Shown: positions 13,001-26,525 of the stretch, piece after piece
How positions within the stretch are numbered: position 1 is the first letter of the stretch
Layout of the letters: every line of letters begins with the position of its first letter
Program-made: the position numbers and the translations under genes
From: Paecilomyces variotii
Lineage: Eukaryota
Length of the DNA stretch: 64,000 bases
Strand: one strand, 5' to 3'
Assembly (NCBI GenBank): GCA_004022145.1
Contig: RCNU01000009.1
The notes under the pieces: generated by a model
Told to the model about the DNA's origin: nothing
The model's input: the letters and a program-made list of their open reading frames with translations, nothing else
Databases searched by the model: none

Positions 13001-14065
13001 AATAAGTCGTTCGACAAGTGGGCCCGTCAGATCCGTTGTGGCACCGAGTAATGAAAGCTGCTGCTTATCCACCAAGCGAAAGAGATCTATTGCAGCAGTG
13101 ACAGCTGTCTCCAAGCTGCGCCTCATGAGGTCTTCATCATCTTCGAAGTATTCTTCTGAATTGAATGGGAGACGCCCCCGATCCGGGGATGGGACACGAA
13201 GGGAAGGGCCTTCATTATCACGTCTTTTGCTTTCCCCATTCGATAATGGGGACGGTGACGGAGAGGGGGGAGGCGGCAACGGTTTTCCAAGCTCCTTTCC
13301 GAATTCGCGAAACAGTCTCTCCAAGCCAGGTTGCATCTGTCTCGCTATCATGGGAAAGTTCGCTAATAGTTCACCAAAGGTCTTTATTTCTTTCTTCGGG
13401 AGCGTAGCTATATTTGTGACGCTGCCTTGATTTTGAGAGTTGCTCCCATTTCTCTTTGGGATCTTTCCAGGCGGGGCTGCCGCGATGATCTTGCCAGGTT
13501 CGAAAGATCCGACGAGCGGCCGGGAAATATAGTATATGAGCCATGGCTGGGATTCATTGCTGGGAGTATAGTACAGGACATCCGTCAGAAGTTGAGCCTG
13601 TCCCAAGGTTTTGAAACCTAAAGCCCGTGTCAGCGCATGTAAGACAGGGTATTGCTACTCCAACCTCACCTTTGTTGCTGTAAACGGAGTTTTCCTTGAT
13701 AATGACTGTGCGTCCATTAACCGTAGTTACCTGCTTTGCCTTCCCCCGACTATCCCGCACGTTGGGGCCATCTTTCCCATTGGAAGAGCCGGTGGGAACC
13801 GGGATTCGAAGTACATGACTCCCTAAGAACTCCTCCGACGTGACAAGGTCGGAATATAAGTTATTCGTTTCTCGATCGCGCGATCCGATCAGAGACTCCG
13901 TCGTAGGGACCAGTAAGACCTATTCGCAAAGTGATGTGAGCACTAAGTCGTGAGTTGAAAGAGACCGGGATTGCTCTTCGCACGTACGTGATTCTGGGTC
14001 GGTATACACTGCCCCGGCACAGTGCTTCGGAAGAAGGCACGCAGGAATGGGTTTAGTGGGTGCAT
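10049..14065 (-). CDS. VPS9-domain, ankyrin-repeat and PX-domain protein (Rab GEF-like), 3 exons
   Basis: Start MHPLNPFLRAFFRS at 14065; VPS9 motifs NADLLVSMLL and GEMGYALSTLEA; ankyrin repeats (GQTPLFALC, GNTLLHI, FTPLMMASKYG); PX-like RRTLADFENL..HPTF. Confidence 0.88.
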
Positions 14066-14856
14066 CCAAACGACGTTGGACGGCCCGGAGAAGAAATTCC
14101 AGCGCTCATCAATCCGTTTATAGCCAGCGTCGAGTGTTGTCTCCGCTGTTCAAGATGTCGCAAATTTAGAGGAGCGCATTCGCCCTTGGCAGGTAACGGC
14201 TGATATTGGTTGGAGCGGTTCAGGCGGCAACGAAACCACGGGATTATTCGAGGGGCAAAAGAGACAGAGTGTCTCAAGACATGAAATGTCAGCTAGTATA
14301 TCTGTAATATCGCACGGCCGCGATGATGGACGATCGTAAGGTGAAAGGCGCGACTTGAAGCACATCGACCTGGACCTTTCGATGGCAACTCCAGAGCTCC
14401 CCGGAGCCGCTAGTCCGCTTTGGGACGGGGGATTCTTGTCTGATGTCGACGATGATGAAGACCTATTGCTATAGCCCACGAAGAGTGCTACAGGAGTTGA
14501 TTCAAATAAAATATTACATTCTTCAGCATTTGGATCTAGTAAAAATGAAATGGGGATTTTGTAGTTGGGATAGAGCTGGCATTCCACCGTCCGCAAGCCG
14601 GTCTTTTATACTACATGCATACTGTACAGATCAAGAAAAGAAAAGGAACATGCTAAATCAAATCCCGTTCTCTCGCGGTTCCCTGCCCAGAGAGGCGGAC
14701 AATTACTCCAGAAGAACGTTGCACATAACTCCACCGTTTTCTTCCGTGTTGGTAAGGCATCTATAACCCGCATGACAAAGTGATGATAGAACCGAGTCGC
14801 CCACCGCCATCGATATGGCTCGTCTTGTCCATGACGACAATGAATAGACATCTAGA

Positions 14857-15573
14857 TTAACCCAGTCTGCGAACTTTCCTGCTCCTGGTACCACCAAACT
14901 TGATTCTGGTGGAATCCGTAACGCGGCTAACCAAGCCTCGAATGTATCTGCCCTCATTACCGAGCAGGACCTTGGTAAAGGCTTCACGTCCAGGGCCGAA
15001 CCCACGATAGACGAGTTCTAGGCGCTTGATGTCGAGAAGCAGACCTCGCTCCTGGATTTGTCCGAAGACGTGTGATGCCAGCTGGTATGCCGGGTCGTAA
15101 CCCGATCGACCGGCTTTGCGGAACCCGAGGTTACCGCAACCAAGCGACAGCAGCGGGTTTCCATTCGGTCTCGTGAGAGTCAGAATCGTGTTGTGCTTGT
15201 GGGCGTAGATATGGAGGTGGTGCGGCGGAGCTCTGTCGGCATAAGGATGCTTGATCATCTCTGCCTCCAAACTCTCTGCCATGCGGAAGTAATCACGGCT
15301 CACGGGCTGACTCGTGCCGCTCTTCTCTCCTTGCATCAATTGTGTAATCTTCGACAGTGGCGAGTTGGCTTCCGACGGCTGACTGTTTCCGGTATCTAGA
15401 ATCTGCTTCTCCAACGCCTGTCCCTTGTCTCTCGATGTTGTGTTAGGCTGAGCATTGATATGTCGCGAGGAGGAAAATGGACGCAGTAGCTGCGAAGGTG
15501 TCAGGCGGATCTGACATCTCTGGCAGACTGAAGGCAGCGCTGCCGACAGCCTGTTCATGATTTGGAAGTTCAT
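14857..15573 (-). CDS. MRPS18: Mitochondrial ribosomal protein uS11m
   Basis: HNTILTLT, GNLGFRK, GFGPGRE, DSTRIKFGGTRSRKVRRLG; presequence-like N-terminus. Confidence 0.9.
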   Translation of the reverse strand: MNFQIMNRLSAALPSVCQRCQIRLTPSQLLRPFSSSRHINAQPNTTSRDKGQALEKQILDTGNSQPSEANSPLSKITQLMQGEKSGTSQPVSRDYFRMAESLEAEMIKHPYADRAPPHHLHIYAHKHNTILTLTRPNGNPLLSLGCGNLGFRKAGRSGYDPAYQLASHVFGQIQERGLLLDIKRLELVYRGFGPGREAFTKVLLGNEGRYIRGLVSRVTDSTRIKFGGTRSRKVRRLG

Positions 15574-16564
15574 CGTGAAAGATGTCGGACGTATCGAATG
15601 TCCGAAAGGCGACGGAGGTCAACAAGATATCTGAGATGGATGGCAAAAGAAGGATATGTAGTCCACAGGCTCGCGGCCTTGCCTGACAAAGAAAGGATTT
15701 GAACCTAGAATGTGTGAGGCTTGACAGTAAAGCACATTCGGGGCTGATTGTAGCAACACTCGCTCTGGACTTGTAGAAATCGCGCCTAAAGTTTTTGGGT
15801 CTTGGCGTCGGTGTGAATGCCTGAGGCACTATATCTAACATCACCACAGGATTCTCCCATCCAGATCGTGAACACAAGAAGAGGAAGACTGATTGAATCG
15901 TACATTATCCTGTGTCAGTCTAATCTATATGGTCGATACTATCTGGGCCAATGCTATTGATAGGTTCCTCACGTGTTCTAAGGCACAATATTAGACACCA
16001 CACACCCGAAGAGATCGCCTTGCTCAAAACTAAGATGAATTATGTATTTTGAATTTCTTGTAAACCTCTGTATACACTGCTAGGGATGCCTTTTTATGAC
16101 ATAATTGAAGGCATAAGTCGTTTTCGTCTGAGGTTGGTCGTCTATATATTTATCGAAAGACCTCTAGGAAGTAATAAGTACTACATGAGCTTCAATGATA
16201 GTTCTAAGCCAGCGTGACAGGAAAATATTCCACCAGATCCGAAGTGAAGATCGAACTAGATGCGAAAATGACTCGATCACCGTGTTCAGCTTCAGCAGAG
16301 CTATTAGGATATATCATATTAGGATACATAGTACTCGGTAGACTCGTAAAGAAAGGATTACCGGTTTGGGGTCTTGGCGCGCTTGCGATCTCGCAGTTGA
16401 ACATTTTCTCTTCCGCCATCAAAAGCTGCTTTCCGGCCGACAGCAATACAGCACGCGCCCAGACTTGCTATTTCCTTGTCAACCTCCAGTGGGCTGGGCT
16501 ATCTCTTTCATCTTCTTTTAATAGTCCTTTTTTCCTTTTTTTTTTCTATTCCCATCCGCAGAGC

Positions 16565-18210
16565 ATGATATCCGCAACCAAGGCCGGTCCCTCTGCGGCA
16601 GCGAGGACCGCTCTCATGCGAAACCAGCTCCTTTCGCCCAGAAGTGCAAATGGCGGCGCTATTGCATACCGGGGCCTGTTGACCAAGGCTCAACTATACT
16701 CTACAGCCGCTCCTCGGCTCTTTGCTGATTCCCGACAAAAGAGTGCCAGCTCTGCCACCTTCCTCCAACCTCCCGCCTCTCAGCTAACGTCGTTATGGGC
16801 TACTCTGCCTGCAAGACGCCCATTCCACGCAGCTGCAACTCGCTGGGAGCAGAAGAAAGAAGCGGAATCGGGATCGCAAAGTAAGGAGAGCAAGGAAGGC
16901 AAGGAGGGCAAGTCTGAGGACGGCAAGTCTGAGGACAGCAAGCAGGACGAAGCTCCGCCTCCTCCGCCTCACGGAGACAAGACGCCGTGGCAAGTATTCA
17001 CGGATACTCTGCGTTCTGAATTCAAGAAGTCCAAGGAATGGAACGAGTCTACCAAGGCTCTGGCCTCTTCTGCTCATCAGTTTACTGAGAGCGAGTCGGT
17101 TAAGAGGGCTCGTGCAGCTTATGAGGCAGCATCCGGAGCCGCTACCTCCAAGACAGCTTCCGCATTGAAGACCACCGGAAAGGCTCTGGGACAAGGTGCC
17201 GCGTGGACTTGGGATACCACTCTCGTCAAGGGAATCCGGAAGGGAGTCGCTGTTACCGGAAAGGGACTTGACAAGGCCACGCGGCCTGTGAGAGAAACAA
17301 AGGCTTACAAGACGGCTGTCGGTGGAGTGAAAGAAGCCATCGACGACGGTAGCAGTTCTCGCTATGGTGGATGGATTGAGAAGGAGGAGCGCCGCAGACA
17401 AAGACAGCTCCGCGAAGAGGCAGAGGCCAAGTCGGGACGCCGGAAAGTCGAAAAGATGGAGGAAGATCCAAAGTAAGATAAGCCCCTCGTCCCTAAGGTC
17501 CATCGATTCTTATGTTGCTGACACGTTTCTCAAGCGCTGGTACGAGTCTCACGGTTCACAAAGATGCCGCCTGGAAGGAGTCATGGCGGCAGTTCCGGGA
17601 CACTAGCCCTGTGATGCAGAGGCTTTTCTCCTTGAAGGAGACCTACAACGAATCTGAGAATCCCTTGATCAGCACGGCTCGCAGCATCTCCGACCGTGTC
17701 ACCGGATTCTTTGCAGAGAACGAGACAGCTCGCGTGATCAAGAAGTTCCGTGAAATGGACCCCAGTTTCCAACTCGAGCCTTTCCTGAGGGACCTGCGAG
17801 AGTACATCCTTCCGGAGGTCCTGGATGCTTATGTCAAGGGAGACGTCGAGACACTCAAACTCTGGCTCTCTGATGCCCAGTTTCACGTTTATGCTGCTTT
17901 GGCTCAGCAGTATACCACTGCAGGTCTCAAGTCCGATGGTCGTATCCTCGATATCCGAAACGTCGACGTCACTCACGCCCGTATGTTGGAGCCTGGTGAT
18001 ATCCCCGTTTTCGTCGTCACATGCCGTTCTCAAGAAGTCCATGTTTACCGCAACGCCAAAACCAACGAGCTTGCTGCTGGCATGGAGGACAAGGTGCAAC
18101 TTGTTACCTATGCCATCGGTATGACGAGGATACCTGAAGATGTGAACAACCCAGAGACGAGAGGATGGAGATTGATCGAGCTGCAGAAGGCTGGAAGAGA
18201 CTACATCTAA
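16565..18210 (+). CDS. TIM44: Mitochondrial import inner membrane translocase subunit Tim44; intron 17473-17534 (AAG acceptor)
   Basis: TPWQVF..LRSEFKKSKEWNES, ESENPLIS, YILPEVLDAYVKGD, GRILDIRNVD, WRLIE. Confidence 0.95.
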
Positions 18211-19477
18211 GCGTACGCAGCTCGTCTCATCTCCGAACTCGCACAACATTCTAAACGACATTGCATAGAGCTTTTCATCTCAGCGATTCTAGGCTTCTGG
18301 CGTCGTTTGTTTCGTGATTGTTTTATCTACGACTGTACAATATCCGGTGTCCATATTCTAGACCTACGGGAGGGAAAACAGGGCAAATATCCTTCATATC
18401 TGTTATAGTTTACCGACATTTTCCTCACTGGCTAATCGGATTCTACTCTTCTCATAATCATGTATCTTTAACGCCCAACCTTACCTCGTTCAATGGCGAA
18501 GAGAAAGGACCGGATGATCTGTCGAGACTCGTGGAGGTACGGTGCACAGCATGCCAGCAGAGCTCTAACATGACCTCTCTTTCTGGGCGTATCGTGGCGT
18601 ATTTGGATGTTATATTTTCTCCTGCCTCAGAGCACATGATCACCAACTCTCCTCTCCCCCTCCCCGTCCCGAATATCTCGGGACGTTTCTTAATCTTTGT
18701 TATCTAGTGCGTTCTTACCACCCTTGTCGTCTCTGGAAGCTGTGTTGGATTGCCATCGATGCTCATCATGTATCAATGAAAACAAAATGCAAAGAAACAT
18801 TACAATGCAATACGTACTCTACGTTAGACATAGTATTGGAGGAATGTGGGAACGTATGCTCGTACATCCTGATAATTCGGTTTTTATAACTGTTAAGATC
18901 CAAGACCACGGAAGCAAGGAGATTGGAATAGCATTAGACACGGGGATAAGAGCGTAATTGCTTGAAGAGTTAGAGGGTATCGAAATCTATCGATTATTTA
19001 TGCCCACGGACTTCATCTGAATTAATTGCTGCCCGCCACTATTCCTGAGCATTTCCTACTTCCGGTGTCTCTGCTTGTGATTCTATATTGGTGGAAGTGA
19101 GTGGCTTCATGTTGTTTGTTCTGTATCCTTTATATAGGGTAGTAGCCTCCACTAAAGCCGTTGAGCGCTGATAATATCCAAGTCAGGCTGCATGCAGTGT
19201 TGGCTTCATTGAAACTACGCCATAGTTGGATCAGCGGCAGTTATGGGCAGATAACTGAAGAGACAGATAGATTTGATCGTTACTATATCTTTGCTTTTAA
19301 TATCATTTTGTTTTTGCGACACTGCCAGACATCCTGAACTGGGATGACATCCGGATCGTAAGGCGTCTAGAAGTTGATGATATATTATAAACATCCGAAG
19401 GAAAGAGAACAAGAAAATGTCGTGAGGTCTTCCAAGCAAAAGCCGACCACTGCCAACCCTTAAAATATGCGATTATA

Positions 19478-20704
19478 TTATTGGCCCTGGCCTCCGCGTC
19501 CCTGGCCTCCCATCAAGTTTCGGGCCCTGTGTTGGTGCTGTTAGTTGACAAATCTGTATTCGTTAGGACAAGTAGAAGCTTACATCTCTGCAATACTAGG
19601 ATCGTTCATCAAGCCTGACATATCGGGCATGCCACCACCACCGCCGCGGCCGCCAAAGCTTTCTGCCATCTGCCTCAAGCGGGGGTTGCTCATGAGGTTG
19701 TTTAGCATGTCGGGGTTGCTCATAAGGTTCTGGGCCATGCTGGCGAACATGGGGTTGTTCATGATTGAGCTCAGGTCGGGCATGCCACCACCAGCACCAC
19801 CTCCGCCGCCAAGCATGCTGGCGAGAGAAGAGAGATCTGGCATACCGCCAGCTCCTCGAGAGGCTCCAGGGGCGTTATCAACAGCGTCCGCTGGAGGCTC
19901 GTTGCTAGCCCTGCCCATCTCCGCGATCCTCTTCCTGGACGTCTCCAGACCCCTCTTCATAGCCTCACTGCCACCATTTCCTTCAGCCTCGATTCCCTTC
20001 TCGTAAGCCTCAGCAGCCCCCTTGGCGTCGCCCAGGTCATATCGAGCGAGACCAAGTCGGCTCCAGGCCTTGGAGTACTTGGGGTCCACAGCGACGGCAA
20101 GCTCCGCATCCTCGACAGCCTTTGCATGTTGTCCGGAAGCAGAGTAGGCAGCTGCTCGGTTAGACAGATAGATCGGGTTTGCAGGAGCAATTTCCAAGGC
20201 CTTCGTGTAGAAGTCGATAGCGACGCTGTATTCCTTGCGGGCCATAGCGGCGTTACCTTCGGACTTCAGCTTATCGGATTCCGGAGTGGGAGCGCCAGCC
20301 TTTGGCTTCGACTCTTCACCTGCCTTTGGAGCCTCAGTTGCAGTAGCGGAGGCAGCAGGAGTCTTTCCCTTCAGCTTCTCGTAGACACTGTAGATGCTGG
20401 CGAGAGATTGGCCGCCAAGGGCGTCCTTCACGGCAGCCTCGTCATTGGGGTCAACCTTGAAGGTGTCCGCGATACAGGACTGCGCAATTTCAATAGACTC
20501 AGCGTCATCAGCAGTCAGAGTGCCATCTTTCAGACTCGCGCCGAGGAAGTCGATAATGGCAAGCGCCAGGCGCTTCTTGGATTCTGTCGGGGCCTAAACA
20601 AAGAAACACTATCAGCGCTGACCAGCGTCTGCGGGGTGAAGCCGAAGGTGGAGTCTTGATTTTTTGACGATTGACTGAACCAGACTTTTGAGGCATCTTA
20701 CCAT
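19478..20704 (-). CDS. SGT2: SGT2 TPR co-chaperone of the GET pathway; coding part of exon 1 is the ATG only
   Basis: KKRLALAIIDFL..ESIEIAQSCIADTFKV dimerisation domain; TPR LKSEGNAAM..YLSNRAAAYS..YSKAWSRLG; STI1-like Met-rich C-terminus. Confidence 0.95.
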
Positions 20705-21067
20705 GGCGACCCTTGGATTTCTCGTGGCTTCACTCGCGACTGTATATGCTGGAGAGGGAAGAAAAGCTCGTTGGGGGGGATTGGAATTAATAAATATTAT
20801 TGCTCCCAAAGTGACAAAGTCCCAAAGCCGTCTAGACGCTTCGACATGACCGTATCAACACGTGACAGCTGCCCCCTGCGCGGCAATTGCTGAGCTTGCA
20901 ACGACTCTTGCTTCTGCTTCCGGCTTTTCGATACCAGTTGGGTATGGCGGGCAGTATCTTGATCTCTGCTGTCCTGTACCTGGCAGAATAAGGGTCTCGT
21001 CGTACGAAGATGACCCGATGTGAGCGTCGTTGCCAGCTCCTTGTGACTAACTCAGCTGTGTTGAGCC

Positions 21068-24000
21068 ATGTACTGGCCCAATGGAGTACCCCGGGTCTAT
21101 GCGGTCAATGGCCCCGGGATTGTGCCCAGTCCATCCGGCGAGGACGAAGAGCTTCGGGGCGATAATGCGCAAGAGAATGCAGATTTGATAGCCCAGCATG
21201 AGAGGAGACGACCGTCCAAGATCAATGCTTCCGCGTGGGCAGACGAACCGATCGGTGGTCTCTGCGTCTCGCGGAGTGGCCATCTGTTCGCGACAATGAC
21301 TGAGACGTCCATTGCAGTTTGGCAGACGAGAGTAGGTCATCTCCCATTAGGTGGTTTCCAGTATTGACTCATTGTCAGCCGACAGCTGTTGTTGCTGCCG
21401 TTGCACGCTCCCCGCTGTCCCTGAAGACATACGGTCCGAACGTGGCGCTTATGCTCCATCCAGACTCGACAATCCTGGTCGTTCAGACATTGCTCGGGTA
21501 TCTCCTGACATACACAATTGCTTCAGACCCCAATACGGAGGTCTATCAGCAGCACTTCAATCACTCCACTCAACCTCGGCGACAGCAGCTGCCCCGTCAC
21601 TTTGGGCGCGAAGACGCCAACGGCATCTGCGATGTTAGTATCCGTTTTAGAATGGCTATAAAGGTTGACGCCGGTATCTCGAAAGCGTTGGCTCTTGACA
21701 AGGAATTAGTTGTTGCTACTGTTAAACCGGCCGCCATTCAATGCATCCGCTGGACTCCTGATAGGAGTGGGACTCAGACGACATCAGAGGTGCTGAGCCG
21801 TATATTGAAAGTTCCAAAGTCGACTACAATTATGGAGATGATCTATGATCGGGCTATGAGTCTTCTGCTGTGGGTTACGAGCGACGGGCAGGCTTATGCG
21901 GTGCAACGAGTTACGGAGAGCTCGCAGGACCCAGAAGAACCAAAGAAGATGTTCAGAGGCCATTGCTTTCACAATCCGGAAACGGAGGATCAGAGGGCGG
22001 TCAAGGTTGCAGTAAATGCGCGGTTTTCTCTACTCGCCGTGAGCTGTGCCAATGGTGAGATCTTGGTGTATACAGCCAAGGATTACCTAGGAAATGTTCC
22101 TCTTTCCTTCAAACTCCAACTGCCTGCTTCGCCTTCTACGACGGGAGAACTAATGTTCTTGAGCTACTCGCCTGACGGATATTCCCTTTTCGCTGGGTAC
22201 GAGCACGGATGGACAAGCTGGAGTGTTTTCGGCAAACCTGGTGGCAATAGCTTTTCAATAGATCGGTCTCTGGCGGCCGCAAACACCGAAGACTGGCTAA
22301 CTGGGGTCTCTATGGGTTGCTGGATTGGTGGAGGCTCTGATCTGATTCTTTCGCGGCGGAATGATCGTCGCATCTGGGTCCTTGAAACAGCACGCAGTGC
22401 TTTGTCGGGCTGCTTTTCATCTGCTAATCTTGCCAGGGCTCTCCTGCAGACTGGATCAGAGGTCATTCTCTACCGTGGACATGACTTGCCCGATTTGATG
22501 ACTATATCTGGCAAGGACTCGTTATGGCATCATGCACAGTATCCGCCGGGATATCTACATTCACAGTGGCCGATACGGTCCTCTGTTGTCTCCCAGGATG
22601 GAAGATACATAGCTATCGCAGGCAGACGCGGATTAGCACATTATAGTGTCAGCAGTGGACGCTGGAAGACTTTTGATGATCCGAAGCAGGAGAACGCTTT
22701 TTCTGTACGAGGCGGGATGTGCTGGTACGGACATATTTTGATCGCCGCTGTCGACAATGAGGGTTCATATGAAGTATGCCAGTCTTGCCCAACTTTTTGC
22801 AGAGTGTCCATGAAACTGACTTCTATAGCTGCGCTTGTACTCACGAGAGCGAACGCTGAATAATAACTCGATCCTTCACATTGAATACCTTCCTTCCCCT
22901 GCGGTCTTCGTTGGGCCGTCTGGCGAGGATTCACTTCTTGTTTACACTTACGACAATATCTTGTATCACTATGTCATTAGCTCTATGCAAGGGAGGGTTA
23001 CGCTCGTTCCTGTGGGTCAGATCGCTTTCAACGGTATCGTGCGAGCACCTACTAGAGTCCGATCGATCAGCTGGGTTCTGCCAGAGGATCAACTGCGTGA
23101 GTGAAATTGCCTTCTAATAGTAGCATGACTGGACTGACAACGTGAAGGGAATGGCGACCCGTCTCAGGATGTCAAGGTGGCATCAGTTCTACTGTTGGTA
23201 GACGGGAATCTAGTTTTGCTGCAGCCCTCAGTATCTGACACTGGTGAATTGAAATACGAAATGCGCATTATAGCCCAGGATGTGGAATACTATATCCTGA
23301 TGCGTGACCAGTTGTCCTTCAATTTCGCCCCGCCATCAGATGAATCTCTTCCACCTAGCCCGTCGGTTGGGGTAGCATTGGGCGGGTACCACGGCAATCA
23401 ATCGTTAAGAGATTCGCTGTGGATGTTCTGTGGAAAGGATCTCCTCGCATGGGGTGACGTGCAAGATGTTCTTCGGGGAGGAGATATACCGAAGCCTCTC
23501 CCTGTTCCGGTTGACTTCTATCCGCTTTCGGTCCTTCTTAACAAAGGCATCGTTCTTGGTGTTGAGCCAGAACTGATCCAAAGACGCGATGTGACATTTA
23601 CGATGCTCAAGTTCGCCATTCGGGTATGTTGGTTCATTATTCGCCTTGTCCCGAAGTTGTTCGCTGACAGATGTAAACCCACACCAGACACATCTATTTC
23701 TCCCATACTTTTTGCAGCAGTATCTGGCCAGTGGTGATATGCCTTCGGCACTCTCACTTTCCTACCATTTCAATCATCTCTCCTATTTCCCTCACGCCCT
23801 TGAAGTCCTTCTCCATCATGTCTTGGACGAGGATGTGGACAAGCAGAGCGGAGATGCGGCTTTGTCCGACAAATCTCAGCCACTTCTACCTATGGTCATT
23901 GGTTTCCTGCAGGCCTCGTTACCAGCGAGGGTCTATCTTGATATTATTGTCCAGTGCACGCGAAAGACGGAACTGCGATCGTGGCGCACCTTATTCGCCC

Positions 24001-24527
24001 ATCTTCCGCCTCCCAGAGATCTCTTTGAGCAGGCGCTGAGACTGAACTCCTTGAAGACGGCAGTTGGATATCTTTTGGTTCTTCAGGCGTTCGAGGACGA
24101 AGAAGAGGGAAGCGATGGTCGAATCGAAGACTATGTTGTCCGCCTGCTCAGCTTAGCTTCTGCAAAGGGCATATGGGATCTCTGTGCAGAACTGGCTAGA
24201 TTCCTGATTGCTCTGGATGCATCCGGAGACATGCTACGGCGCGCGATTGCCCGCGTGGGCTTTAAAAACGGCGATACGAATGGCTTGGGAAACAGCCCGA
24301 AGGGGCTAGGTCTTTCTCTGGGAATCCCACTGTCGGCCACATCGTCGGTGTCCACGGCATCGCTATCCCCAAGCGCGGCATACGACCGGCGAAGGAGAGG
24401 AAGCGACGCTACTAGTGCTGGCACCATGGCCACACCTTCGCGGGGAAGAAGTGACGAAGATCTGCGAAGCCAGGGAAGCAGTGCAGTTGATGACCTAATT
24501 TCAGGTAGCTTCTCGCCTGGCACTTGA
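21068..24527 (+). CDS. RIC1: RIC1, subunit of the Ric1-Rgp1 Ypt6/Rab6 GEF, 5 exons
   Basis: MYWPNGVP start, beta-propeller region, IAIAGRRGLAHYS, DFYPLSVLLNKGI, YFPHALEVLLH, VQCTRKTE..W. Confidence 0.92.
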
Positions 24528-24754
24528 TTCGCATGTTCAGCTGCAGACTGGCAGAAACAAAGGTCCCACAAGGGATAGTTTACTTGGGATTTTGATGTTT
24601 CACTTCCTTTTGTCACTGACCCCAAATATATAGATATGTTCGTGGCCTGTATAGGAGGCGTTCCTGACGATGTTGAGAGTCACTGTTAGATAATTCAGTC
24701 TGGTAACTAAAGCAAGTTGGCGTTTTTGTATTTTCATTTTGGTCTGGCATATTT

Positions 24755-24772
24755 CTCTCTCTCTCTCTCTCT
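24755..24772. repeat. (CT)n microsatellite
   Basis: ctctctctctctctctct seen directly. Confidence 0.85.
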
Positions 24773-25225
24773 AAATATTAACAGATGCAAAGAACTGCGC
24801 TCATGAATTCATCACGTTTCTGAGTAGATATCGTCCTGTCTTCCAAATACGCAGGACAAGTTTCTAGGCTCCCATTGCTGGGATATCTCCTGACATGGTC
24901 CCACAATCTCATCGGACCATGGCTAGTTGGACTGGATCACTTCTGTCTCCTGGTGAGTAGAATCGTTTCCCCGTAGAACTCTTCCTCGAGGGGTAGATAA
25001 TTTTCTGGTCGAGCGAAACCCCCATGAATCGATCACCAGCAGCCGAAAATCTCCCATCATTCCAAGTTCCTCTCTGAAAGAGAAGAAAAAAAAAAAAAGA
25101 AAAGAAGTAGGTCATTTCCAACAAAACCCACCCCAACGCCTCCACGATGCATCTCTTTTTTTTTCCCCCTTTTTCTTTCTCGAGCCACATTTACCAACTC
25201 CATCCCTTTCAAACCCGCATCCTCC

Positions 25226-26092
25226 TCACGACAAATGCATATTCCACAACCCATCACCCAAATAATGACCCTGCTCCATCGCAACCCCCTTCCCCTTCTC
25301 CTTCATCTCCTCCGTCCCCATCGTCAACGGACCCACAAGACAAATCTCCTCCTTCCCCTCCGCCTTCACAGCCACGACGTCCCCCTTTTGCAACGCGTGC
25401 TCTTTCTCAGGAAGACGTCCCCCCGCGGACGTTAGACCGGGCGCCATGAGCGCCGCGCCAGAGAGGACGAAGCGGATTGCGCCGCGGTCGATTTGGACCG
25501 TGGGGATGGTATCTGGGTATGCGTGGAGGAGACGGAGGTGGGGGATGGGAGGGTCGTCGAAACGTTGGAAGAAGAGAGGGGTGTTGTCGATTGCGTAGAG
25601 GGTTGCGCGATCGGGACTGGTTGGTGTTAGTTTGTTTTTGTTTCCAGTCTCCCAACATGTATATGTATATAAATCTTAGGAGGGAGGGGGAAACGCACAG
25701 CTTAATAGCATCCAACTGCGCCTTCTTGGGAATGACTTCATCGATATAAGGCTCGAAACCAGGATACGTCTCGAGGAACTTTTGGCGTAGACCGCGCTGA
25801 ACGGATGATTTCACCTTGGATTTGGCGCCGGGGGATATACTTCATTAATCAAAAATTGATATTAGCCTTTTGTTCTTTTCTCTCTTCATCTTCGTACAAC
25901 TGTGGTTTGTTCAGGGGGTATAGTATATGAAAAGTAGAAGGGTTAAAAGAAGGGAAATGAATCCCAATCCCAATTCTCATCGGGGAAGGAGTTGTAGATC
26001 GGAAGAGGGGTAAAATCAAGAAGAAAAAAGACAACAGCGCTTCGATGAACTGTGGGTTTTCTTGCGGATGGAACTCACTCTTTTTTGAACAT
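25226..26092 (-). CDS. TMA20: TMA20/MCT-1 PUA-domain translation factor, 3 exons
   Basis: MFKK..KVKSSVQRGLR..PHLRLLHAYP..IDRGAIRFVLSGAALMAPGLTS..KGKG..HYLGDGLW. Confidence 0.93.
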
Positions 26093-26525
26093 TTTCGATA
26101 TTCAATTTAATATGCAAACGACAAGAAGAATGGTAATGAGGGGGGTATCTTAATGGTAATGTTACTATCAGCAAGAGCTGCGGCGGCGGAGAACTGCCTG
26201 CCTTTGCCGGTCTTGCGCGTCTGGCATGACACGGCCAACGCGGGGAAAAGGGCTAGGGTTCTCACGTGGACTTGCAGAGAGCAAAACTGGGTAAGGTACA
26301 GTATGTACGAAATCTAGAAATAAAATAATATTCCGCTCCATGATGCTATTTCCAGTTTGGAATGGATAAAGAGACAGAGATTGAATAACGACTCCTGTGC
26401 TGATGTACTCTATAAGTTGTAATTTACAGGCTGTTATGGTCATATTGCTTCTTTTCCGATGACATTAGTTACGTCAATATTGATTTCTTCAGCCGAGCTG
26501 AGATGGTATCTGATGTGATGTCTAT

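Noticed and set aside
16214-16564. In-frame upstream extension of TIM44, including an ATG at 16268
   Set aside because: It runs through a T-rich promoter-like tract and would mask the presequence starting at 16565; probably upstream of the TSS.
16880-16942. Short tandem repeats in TIM44 (KEGKEGKSEDGKSED)
   Set aside because: Ordinary low-complexity linker; not a CRISPR-like or mobile repeat.
25842-26078. Long first intron of TMA20 as a snoRNA host
   Set aside because: No convincing C box or guide; an H/ACA RNA cannot be excluded by eye.
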